Below are positions 18,615 through 26,204 of a stretch of 64,000 nt of DNA, piece by piece (the first letter of the stretch is position 1; every line of letters begins with the position of its first letter). Below the pieces are notes generated by a model. The model searched no databases. It was not told where the DNA came from and was given only the letters and a program-made list of their open reading frames with translations. The DNA comes from a virus (taxonomy: Duplodnaviria; Caudoviricetes), in the IMG/VR virus record IMGVR_UViG_3300021426_003004, positions 6,973-70,972 of that record. One strand, written 5' to 3'. Made by a program: the position numbers and the translations under genes.

Positions 18615-19951
18615 TGGAACATGTCCTCCTTCTTCACAGCGCCTGTACGGTTATAGACGGTTAGAGAACAAACGGAGACAATCATGAAGATGAAAATGCC
18701 AATTGTTGAGGCGAGTGCGTAATCGTGTTGATCCACCGTCAGCTTGTAAAGCCAGGTAACAAGCAGATCTGTTTTTCCGGCCTGGTAATAGTCAAGGCTT
18801 GCCGGGCCTCCAGCGGTAAGCAGATAAATCACGTTGAAATTGTTGATATTCCCAACAAAGGTTGTAATGGTAGCCGGTGCTGTTACGAAGACCATATACG
18901 GGAGTGTAATGCTCATAAAGCGCCGGATAGGCCCCGCTCCATCAATCGAAGCGCTTTCGTACAGCTCTTCTGGCACATTCATCAGCACACCGGAAAAGGT
19001 CATCATGGTATATGGAATACCAATCCACATATTGATCACGATCACAACGATCCGTGAAAGCGTCACATCAGTCAGGAATGGCAGAGGCGTTTTGATCCAG
19101 CCCAGCTTCATGAGCGCGACGTTGATCGCGCCGGACGGTTCCAAAGCTCGGGAAATCAGCAGGAGGCTGACAAACTGCGGAATGGCGATCGGAATCATGA
19201 ACCATGTACGCCACATCTTTTTCAGCCTGACCAGTTTGTTATTGATGATGATTGCTAGAATCATCCCAAAGATGTAGTTGGTGAACGTGGCAAAGATGGC
19301 CCAGACAATCGTCCAGCCGAGAATGCCCATGAACGTGCGGGTTTTCGTCTCGTTGCCCAGAAAAATATCTGTGACGTTTTGCATTCCTGTCCATGTGAAC
19401 AGGTTTCCCGGCGGTTGATGATTTGCGTCGAAATTTGTGAAAGCAATCAGGATCATGAAAATGATCGGCAGAACGGTAAACAGGATCAGCGTTGTCATCG
19501 GCGCTGACAAAAGCGTGATATGAAAGCGGTCATTCAATAAGGATGAAGCGTCCTGCTGAAGAGAAGGTATCTCTTTCCCTGCTTTTTCCAGCTGATACAG
19601 ATGTGAAGCGCTCTTCAGATTAATAACCCACAAGCAGATAAAGATTATGGTCACAGCAACGGTCAAAACACTGAACAGCAGAATCAGCATGCTGTTATCT
19701 CCGGGCACTCGCTGATAGATCTGCAATTCTTCGTTCCAGACTTTCAGCTGAGCATTTTCTCCCAGCGTAAGAATATGGCTCAGATATTTCCAGCCAAAGC
19801 CAAAGAAGAACAGGAAAAATAGGCCTTCTGCCGCTAGGTACATCAGTCCCTTGACGATCTGGCCACGCTTTATACAGCCAAGACCCATTACCAGGCAGGA
19901 GCCTTTTACCCAGATATCACCCTGAGCAAATTCCTTCCAGAACCGCTTCAT
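18611..19951 (-). CDS. malF: Maltose/maltodextrin ABC permease MalF-type
   Basis: AFTNFD..HQPP, WTG..N, LYESASIDGA EAA loop, TDLLVTWLYKLT. Confidence 0.88.
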   Translation of the reverse strand: MKRFWKEFAQGDIWVKGSCLVMGLGCIKRGQIVKGLMYLAAEGLFFLFFFGFGWKYLSHILTLGENAQLKVWNEELQIYQRVPGDNSMLILLFSVLTVAVTIIFICLWVINLKSASHLYQLEKAGKEIPSLQQDASSLLNDRFHITLLSAPMTTLILFTVLPIIFMILIAFTNFDANHQPPGNLFTWTGMQNVTDIFLGNETKTRTFMGILGWTIVWAIFATFTNYIFGMILAIIINNKLVRLKKMWRTWFMIPIAIPQFVSLLLISRALEPSGAINVALMKLGWIKTPLPFLTDVTLSRIVVIVINMWIGIPYTMMTFSGVLMNVPEELYESASIDGAGPIRRFMSITLPYMVFVTAPATITTFVGNINNFNVIYLLTAGGPASLDYYQAGKTDLLVTWLYKLTVDQHDYALASTIGIFIFMIVSVCSLTVYNRTGAVKKEDMFQ

Positions 19952-19974
19952 ATGTTATCCTCCGAATGCCGGAA

Positions 19975-20000
19975 AAGGCTGCCGAGTTCCCGGCAGCCTT
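19975..20000 (-). other. Intercistronic hairpin between the binding-protein and permease genes
   Basis: AAGGCTGCCG-agttcc-CGGCAGCCTT perfect 10-bp stem. Confidence 0.6.
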
Positions 20001-20014
20001 CTCCAAACGAACGA

Positions 20015-21187
20015 TTATTGTCCAACAGTCTGGGCTACCCACTGATCCAGCAGAGGCTGAATATCAACTGTAGGATCGGCGATCAGTGCATTGCCGAAAG
20101 CCGTAGCAGGAGTCCAGAAGTCCCCGATGATCAACTGGGTCACAGCATAATCACTCTGCGCAGCCAGTGCAGACAGGGCCGGATCAGAGGCAATCGCTTC
20201 ACTCTTTGCTGCATTGATGTTGGAAGGACCATAGCCGCGAACTTCGAAGCGGCGGAGCTGGCTTTCTTCGCTGGTCAGGAACTCAGCCAGGTTCATTGCT
20301 TCAATCGGATAAGCGCTCTGTGTATTGACGCCGAGGATCTTACATCCGCCGAAAGAACCCATCTGTACCTGCTCTCCGTTTACCGTGAAGGTCGGAAGCT
20401 TGGCAGCGGCATAATTGTCGCCAAGGCGTTCCTTGATTGCGTCAGCGACCCAGGTTCCGCACACACCGGCGCATACAGTATCGCCAATGGTGCCGGTCAG
20501 AATATTCTGGTCACCGGGCAGGAATGCCGGATGAGCGCACAGGGCAGCAACTGCTTTAGCAGCCTCAAGGCCTTTTTCATTGTTGAAATCACAGACCTGT
20601 TTTCCATCTTCATCCAGAGTGATGGTGCAGCCATTTCCAAGGAAGAAAGAAGCGAGATACCAGCCATTTGCCACGTCAAAGTTGAACTGTTTTCCAGCTT
20701 TTTCTGCGGCGGCAAGAATTCCATCCAGAGTTTTTACGTCTTCTTCGGACAGTACGGACTTATCATAGAAGAGGAAGTATCCGTTGTCAGCAGTCATAGG
20801 ATAGCCCAGCAGGGTACCCTTATAGGTAGCCGCATTTACAGAGCCCTGGCTGTTGGCAGCTACAATCTCATCATGGTTGCGGGTCACTTCGTACAGTGCG
20901 TCAGCCATAGCCAGACGGATTAGCTGATCATCCGGATAGACAAACACATCGGCAGCAGCGGCGGGATCTTCCAGATAACGTGCACTGGCATCAGCGGTTC
21001 CGACAACGCCGTACTGGAAGTTGTAGTTGTTTTCCGGATGCGCGGCGGCATATGCCTCGCACAGTTCCTTGAGCAGTTCCTGATCGTCCTGTCCATCCCA
21101 GACTTTCAGGGTGATGTCCTCTGCAAATGCGGCAAAAGCCGTGCAGCACAGGATCACTGCCAGCATCACAGCAACAAGCTTTTTCAT
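20015..21187 (-). CDS. Maltose/maltodextrin-binding protein (MalE-like)
   Basis: Signal peptide ending AFA-E; ADVFVYPDDQL, GYPMTADNGYFLFYDK, AAKLPTF, GSFGGCK. Confidence 0.9.
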   Translation of the reverse strand: MKKLVAVMLAVILCCTAFAAFAEDITLKVWDGQDDQELLKELCEAYAAAHPENNYNFQYGVVGTADASARYLEDPAAAADVFVYPDDQLIRLAMADALYEVTRNHDEIVAANSQGSVNAATYKGTLLGYPMTADNGYFLFYDKSVLSEEDVKTLDGILAAAEKAGKQFNFDVANGWYLASFFLGNGCTITLDEDGKQVCDFNNEKGLEAAKAVAALCAHPAFLPGDQNILTGTIGDTVCAGVCGTWVADAIKERLGDNYAAAKLPTFTVNGEQVQMGSFGGCKILGVNTQSAYPIEAMNLAEFLTSEESQLRRFEVRGYGPSNINAAKSEAIASDPALSALAAQSDYAVTQLIIGDFWTPATAFGNALIADPTVDIQPLLDQWVAQTVGQ

Positions 21188-21240
21188 GGGGTGTTACCTC
21201 CTCGTTTTTTCAGCCATATCAGGCTGTTGTTTCTAGCTGC

Positions 21241-21269
21241 ATTATGGCTACTTTCTGAAAAATGGTCAA
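21241..21269 (-). promoter_or_regulatory. SigmaA promoter of maltodextrin operon 2
   Basis: On the minus strand TTGACC, 17-nt spacer, CATAAT. Confidence 0.7.
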
Positions 21270-21280
21270 CGTAAATTAGC

Positions 21281-21292
21281 GTAAGCGCTTAC
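21281..21292. promoter_or_regulatory. LacI-family operator of operon 2
   Basis: Perfect palindrome GTAAGCGCTTAC, 11 nt upstream of the -35. Confidence 0.75.
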
Positions 21293-21326
21293 ACAAAAAA
21301 AGAGCATGGAATATTTAGTTGCAAAA

Positions 21327-21353
21327 TTATAAAACTTCCTGACTTTTGGGCGT
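21327..21353 (+). promoter_or_regulatory. Class I element-specific bipartite motif, copy 1
   Basis: TTATAAAAC-ttcctg-ACTTTTGGGCGT; same motif and spacing at 47850, 47932 and 50909. Confidence 0.7.
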
Positions 21354-21390
21354 GAGTAGTCAAACGATCAAACGATTGGAGGACTGCTCG

Positions 21391-21795
21391 ATGACGACCC
21401 AAGAGAAACAGATGATTGCCAGTCTCAGCGAAAATGGACTGGGGTACAGGAAAATTGCCGCACAGATCGGAATTTCCGAAAACACGGTTAAATCCTATCT
21501 GAAGCGAATGACCGCCGCAGATGATCAGAAAGAACCTGATCAGCCAGCGGCGGTTTTTTCATGCCCGCAGTGCGGTGAAGAAATCAGGCAGATCCCGGGA
21601 CGGAAAGCAAAGAGATTCTGCTCAGATTCCTGTCGGTATAAATGGTGGAATTCTCATCCAAATCAGCTTCGGCGTGAATCGCTCCGGGAATCCACGTGCC
21701 CCGTCTGCGGGAAGATCTTCTCGGCCTATGGCAGCCGTAACCGGAAATACTGCTCTCATGATTGCTACATCCGTGACCGATTCGGGGGTGAGTAA
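21391..21795 (+). CDS. HTH plus two Zn-finger protein (recombinase-cluster accessory)
   Basis: GYRKIAAQIGISENTVKSYLKR HTH; CPQC..FCSDSC and CPVC..YCSHDC. Confidence 0.8.
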   Translation: MTTQEKQMIASLSENGLGYRKIAAQIGISENTVKSYLKRMTAADDQKEPDQPAAVFSCPQCGEEIRQIPGRKAKRFCSDSCRYKWWNSHPNQLRRESLRESTCPVCGKIFSAYGSRNRKYCSHDCYIRDRFGGE

Positions 21796-22133
21796 TGATG
21801 GAATTGACGAAGCAGGAGTTTCAGAATGAATGCCTTTTTTCGGTCACGATGAGTCATGTACGAAGCATGCTGAAGAAGGGCCTGATTTCCCAAGATGAAT
21901 ACTGCCAGATGCGCGACAAAATGAAGCAGAAATACCATCCTGTTTCTGACGGATTAATTTCCGAATCAGACTTGCAAGCTGCCGAAAACAGAGGATTAAT
22001 ACGACGTAACGAATCCACTGTGGAGGTTGCGCATGAAGCTGTCAAAACACGAGTTCCGGCGGGAGTGCCATTACACCCTGACCATGATTCAGACGAGAAG
22101 GATGCTGATGGAGAGAACAATCTCCAACCGTGA
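21795..22133 (+). CDS. SHOCT-like small protein, paralogue 1
   Basis: MLKKGLISQDEYCQMRDKMKQKYHPV; C-terminal extension overlaps paralogue 2. Confidence 0.65.
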   Translation: MMELTKQEFQNECLFSVTMSHVRSMLKKGLISQDEYCQMRDKMKQKYHPVSDGLISESDLQAAENRGLIRRNESTVEVAHEAVKTRVPAGVPLHPDHDSDEKDADGENNLQP

Positions 22134-22281
22134 ATACTGGAGGATGGACCGGAAAATGAAGATGAAATACAAGCCGGTTTCTGACGGCCTGATCCTCGAA
22201 TATAACTTGACTAATTCCCAGGAGCGAGCGTCAATGCAACGTGGAAAGGAGGGACAACATGTCGACCGTAAAACGGATTGA
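22033..22281 (+). CDS. SHOCT-like small protein, paralogue 2
   Basis: RBS GGAGG; MLMERTISNREYWRMDRKMKMKYKPVSDGLI, clearly similar to paralogue 1. Confidence 0.65.
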   Translation: MKLSKHEFRRECHYTLTMIQTRRMLMERTISNREYWRMDRKMKMKYKPVSDGLILEYNLTNSQERASMQRGKEGQHVDRKTD

Positions 22282-23467
22282 AACCAGACAGATCAAACAG
22301 TTCCAGCGGAAAAGAGTGGCGGCTTATGCACGTGTTTCTGTCGATACAGAGCAGCTGATGCATTCACTGTCCGCGCAGGTTAGTTACTACAGCAATCTGA
22401 TTCAGGGAACGCCAGAATGGGAGTATGTCGGTGTTTACATTGATGCGGGCATCACCGGTACAGACACAAAGCCGCGTGAGCGCTTTCAGGAGATGATTGC
22501 TGATTGTGAAGCAGGAAAGATTGACATCATCCTGACGAAGTCTATATCCAGGTTTGCCAGAAATACGGTTGATCTGCTGGCGACAGTTCGCCATCTGAAA
22601 GAACTGGGCGTGGAGGTGCGCTTTGAGCGTGAACACGTGAACACCTTCACTTCGGATGGCGAGGTGATGCTTTCCATTCTGGCTAGCTTTGCCGAACAGG
22701 AAAGTATCAGTCTATCGCAGAACATCAAATGGCGAGTGCGAAAAAACTATGAGCAAGGCAAACCACACGCCCATCTGAAGCTATATGGATATCGCTGGGA
22801 AGGCGATGAACGAGTAATCGAACCGGACGAAGCAGAAGTCGTCCGGTATATTTTTGCTGAGTATCTTTCCGGGAAGTCCTTTCGGGAAATTGCAACAGAA
22901 CTGGATGAAAAGGAGATAAGAAGCGTCCGAGGAACAAAGCATTTTTCTCCGCAGACTCTCCGAAAAATGATCAGCAACGAAGAATACACAGGGTGCCAGA
23001 TCTACCAGCAGGTCTATGCATACAAGCCTCACAAGCAGAGGATCAACTACGGGGAGCTTCCAAAGTACCGTGTGGACGATCATCACGAGGCAATCATAGA
23101 TCCGGACACCTTTGCCGCCGCTCAGGCAATGCGGAAGGAACGCGGCAAGGATCAGCTTCATGAGAAGAGAAACCCCAGTGCCTACAGCGGGATGGTCTGG
23201 TGCGGGAAGTGCGGGTCAAAGGCTTTCATGCACAGCACCGCGCAGGGCCAGTTCCGGTATTGGACATGTGATGCCAGGAGAAGCAAAAAGAGCTGCGACT
23301 GCAAGAACTGGCGGGATGAGGAACTGATGGCTGCTGTGCAGACGGCTATTGGAGAGGAAGAAATCGTGCACAAACTGAAGCGACAGGTCGAACGGATCGT
23401 CCTGTTCGATGATCATCTGGAACTTGAAATGACTAACGGGAGGAAACGTTCATGGCAAAAAAGGTAA
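22259..23467 (+). CDS. Large serine recombinase 1 (resolvase + recombinase + Zn ribbon)
   Basis: VAAYARVS catalytic Ser, DAGITGT, TKSISRFARNT, YGY, CGKCG..WTC. Confidence 0.93.
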   Translation: MSTVKRIETRQIKQFQRKRVAAYARVSVDTEQLMHSLSAQVSYYSNLIQGTPEWEYVGVYIDAGITGTDTKPRERFQEMIADCEAGKIDIILTKSISRFARNTVDLLATVRHLKELGVEVRFEREHVNTFTSDGEVMLSILASFAEQESISLSQNIKWRVRKNYEQGKPHAHLKLYGYRWEGDERVIEPDEAEVVRYIFAEYLSGKSFREIATELDEKEIRSVRGTKHFSPQTLRKMISNEEYTGCQIYQQVYAYKPHKQRINYGELPKYRVDDHHEAIIDPDTFAAAQAMRKERGKDQLHEKRNPSAYSGMVWCGKCGSKAFMHSTAQGQFRYWTCDARRSKKSCDCKNWRDEELMAAVQTAIGEEEIVHKLKRQVERIVLFDDHLELEMTNGRKRSWQKR

Positions 23468-25026
23468 GGGTCATACCGGCAACAATCGACAGGACCACAT
23501 CGGCACCGATCAGTAGCGGGACGAAACGGAAGGTCGCCGGATATGCACGGGTTTCCACAGAACTGGAAGAACAGCAATCTAGCTACGAGGCCCAGGTCAG
23601 TTACTACACGAACTACATCCAGAGCCGAAATGACTGGGAGTTCGTCAGGGTTTACACAGATGAAGGAATCTCCGCTACCAGCACAAAACACCGGGAAGGC
23701 TTTCAGCAGATGGTGGAGGATGCGCTGGACGGCAAGATCGATTTGATCGTAACGAAGTCGGTCAGCCGCTTCGCTCGGAATACTGTAGACAGCCTGACCA
23801 CCATCCGGAAACTGAAGGAGCACGGAACGGAGGTCTACTTCGAGAAAGAAAACATCTGGACATTCGATTCCAAGGGCGAACTCTTGCTGACCATTATGAG
23901 CAGCCTGGCTCAGGAAGAAAGCCGGAGCATTTCCGAGAACGTGCGCTGGGGCCAGCGGAAGAGAGCAGCTGACGGAAAGTACAGCCTTGGGTACGCTCAC
24001 TTCCTCGGATATGACAAAGGGCCTGACGGAACACCGGTTGTCAACAAGGAGCAGGCAGTTGTTGTCCGAAAGATTTATGGCCTGTTTCTGGAAGGGTACT
24101 CCTACAACAAGATCGCAAAAATCCTGACAGAAGAAGGCATACCGACACCAGCGGGTAAGAAGAACTGGCGGGATGTGACGGTTGCAGGAATCCTGACGAA
24201 CGAGACCTATATGGGTGACAAAATCCTTCAGAAGACATACACGCTAGACTTCCTGCATAAGACGCCCATCAAGAACCAAGGTCAGGTCCCCATGTACCAC
24301 ATCGAGCAGGATCACGAGGCGATCATTCCCCCGGAGACCTTCAAACGAGTCCAGGATGAGATTCTCCGGAGAAAGAACAGGCCGCTCCAAGGCCAGACCA
24401 TTTTCTCGGGGAAGATCTTCTGCGGATGCTGCGGGGCAACCTTCGGGCCTAAGGTTTGGCACAGCAATGACAAATATCGCCGGGTTATCTGGCAATGCAA
24501 TAACAAGTACAAGGGAACCAAGATTTGCCGGATGCCGCATCTGTACGAGGACAGGATTGAAGCAGACTTCCTGAAGGTCTGCCGGAAGCTTTCCATTGAT
24601 CGGGACGAGATCATCACCAACCTCCGTGAATTGCAGACCCTTGTCGGCGGGACGGAGGAACTGGAAAAGGAGCGTGCAGAATTGGAGATTGAAAGGAACC
24701 TTCTCGCAGACAGACTGCAGGCCCTGATCGACCGGAATGCCAAAGAGGCGCAGGATCAGGTGAAGTACATCAAGCAGTACGATGAGCTTTCCGGAAAGTA
24801 CAAGCAGGCGGAGGAAAAGCTGACCAGGCTGGATACTCGCATCCGGGATAAGGAAATGCGGAACCGTCGGATTGCGGATTTCATCGATGCGGTTGAGCAG
24901 ATGCCCGATACGGTTTCAGAGTTCAGCACCGAGCTCTGGGCAACGCTGATCGACCAGGTGACGGTTTACGGGAAAAAGGATGTCCGCTTTACGCTGAGCA
25001 CCGGCGAAGAGATCCAGGTTGACTGA
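23452..25026 (+). CDS. Large serine recombinase 2 (integrase) with Zn ribbon and coiled coil
   Basis: VAGYARVS, DEGISAT, TKSVSRFARNT, CGCCG..WQC, long coiled coil. Confidence 0.95.
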   Translation: MAKKVRVIPATIDRTTSAPISSGTKRKVAGYARVSTELEEQQSSYEAQVSYYTNYIQSRNDWEFVRVYTDEGISATSTKHREGFQQMVEDALDGKIDLIVTKSVSRFARNTVDSLTTIRKLKEHGTEVYFEKENIWTFDSKGELLLTIMSSLAQEESRSISENVRWGQRKRAADGKYSLGYAHFLGYDKGPDGTPVVNKEQAVVVRKIYGLFLEGYSYNKIAKILTEEGIPTPAGKKNWRDVTVAGILTNETYMGDKILQKTYTLDFLHKTPIKNQGQVPMYHIEQDHEAIIPPETFKRVQDEILRRKNRPLQGQTIFSGKIFCGCCGATFGPKVWHSNDKYRRVIWQCNNKYKGTKICRMPHLYEDRIEADFLKVCRKLSIDRDEIITNLRELQTLVGGTEELEKERAELEIERNLLADRLQALIDRNAKEAQDQVKYIKQYDELSGKYKQAEEKLTRLDTRIRDKEMRNRRIADFIDAVEQMPDTVSEFSTELWATLIDQVTVYGKKDVRFTLSTGEEIQVD

Positions 25027-25448
25027 TGCACCCCATACGGTCACACGATGCACCCCACTCAGTAGGTCTTGCACCTATTTGCACCCCAGAAAGGCGAGTG
25101 GGGTGCATCGTTTACTTGTATCGACCGTGCCATTCCCGGGTTCCTAAACATGGAGAAATTGATACAATGCAAAAACGGCCCGGAGCCTTTGAAATCAAAA
25201 GGTCTGCGGGATTCGAGTCCGTCCTCGGCTGTAATTTTGATTGTCGAAAAGGGCTGTATTTCATGGAGATCTAGGCAAATGGGTGCATACCAGCACACGA
25301 AGCCAAACGGTCACACGATACCGGAAATGAATCGTGTGACCGTACAGTGGGAACGTGTGATAGTTTGCCGGGAATCGTGTGACAGTAGGGTGCTTCAATC
25401 GAAGCGGCCTTTTTTCGGCCCTTTTTGGCCCGACGTGCCGCTTGCACC
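25027..25448. repeat. Repeat-rich non-coding junction (TGCACC iterons, ACGGTCACACGAT direct/inverted repeats), candidate att/crr region
   Basis: TGCACC at 25027, 25049, 25070, 25080, 25443; GGTGCA at 25102, 25282; ACGGTCACACGAT at 25037 and 25307, inverted at 25331, partial inverted at 25374. Confidence 0.75.
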
Positions 25449-25524
25449 ACGCAGGTCGGGTTTGTGCTCAACCCAGGCTGGTGAGGGGCAACAGAGGCGG
25501 ACGTGTGGGAGAACAATGCAATCC

Positions 25525-26193
25525 TTATTTTCCAAGCCTGTGCCGGAGATCGTTGAGAGGCTCTCCCTTGTACGTGAAGAACTTCGGTCCGGCAATTGAA
25601 TACTTTTTCCCTGAGAGCATTTTTGCAAGAGCAGTGAGAGACAGGGTTTCACCGTTATAAGAAACCCTGCGATCATCAACTACTGTCGCTTTTAGTTCAG
25701 TGTTGCTGATGAAAGCGATTTCTTCACCGGGCAGGATGCCGCACTCGCCGAACGAGAAGTTGGATAGACGTTCGGAAGATTCAGTGTCTATCTCCTTCGC
25801 TGTTTCCTCTGCTTTTTTGTCTGCTTCAGTTGGAGTAGCCAACTTCAGTTTATCCGCGCACCCATGGATCTCGGCTATTGCTTCCAGAATGGAATAAGCA
25901 TCCTCTGGAGACATAGCATAGAATTCTCTCACACGCTGTTTGCCGTTGAAACTCTCAATGGATCGAAGGTTGGGATTTAACTTGTCAATGATACTGTGGA
26001 TCTTCAAATCGGACAGTCGTGAGCTGACTTCGTAGGTTGCATAGACCCGGAAGGCAAAAGGAATGCATTCGCTGCGGTTTAATTGATGAAGACGATGATC
26101 CATATTGTCAGCATAGCCGATTTTCACATAGTCAGGGAAGGATGGATTGGTCAGAATATAGATGACGCCTTTACATTCATCATTCTTGTCCAT
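25525..26193 (-). CDS. GIY-YIG (T5orf172-like) nuclease with C-terminal RAMA-like domain
   Basis: GVIYILTNPSFPDYVKIG..R..L..EFY; C-terminal GEEIAF..ATV..VSYNGETLSLTALA..GPKFFTYKG. Confidence 0.8.
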   Translation of the reverse strand: MDKNDECKGVIYILTNPSFPDYVKIGYADNMDHRLHQLNRSECIPFAFRVYATYEVSSRLSDLKIHSIIDKLNPNLRSIESFNGKQRVREFYAMSPEDAYSILEAIAEIHGCADKLKLATPTEADKKAEETAKEIDTESSERLSNFSFGECGILPGEEIAFISNTELKATVVDDRRVSYNGETLSLTALAKMLSGKKYSIAGPKFFTYKGEPLNDLRHRLGK

Positions 26194-26204
26194 GCGCGAC
26201 CTCC

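Noticed and set aside
19952-20923. 323-aa plus-strand ORF
   Set aside because: Antisense shadow of the maltose-binding protein gene.
25206-25229. tRNA T-arm-like GGGATTCGAGTCC, a possible tRNA att remnant
   Set aside because: No acceptor, D or anticodon arms and no CCA; the stem-loop geometry is non-canonical.
25515-25540. TCCTTATTTTCCAAG (SLFSK), faintly resembling the 3' end of rumA/rlmD-type integration targets
   Set aside because: Too short and degenerate to call an att core without the host attB sequence.
25026-25679. Several 76-176 aa ORFs on both strands after the recombinase
   Set aside because: Mutually overlapping, no RBS or motifs; the region is better explained as repeat-rich non-coding DNA.
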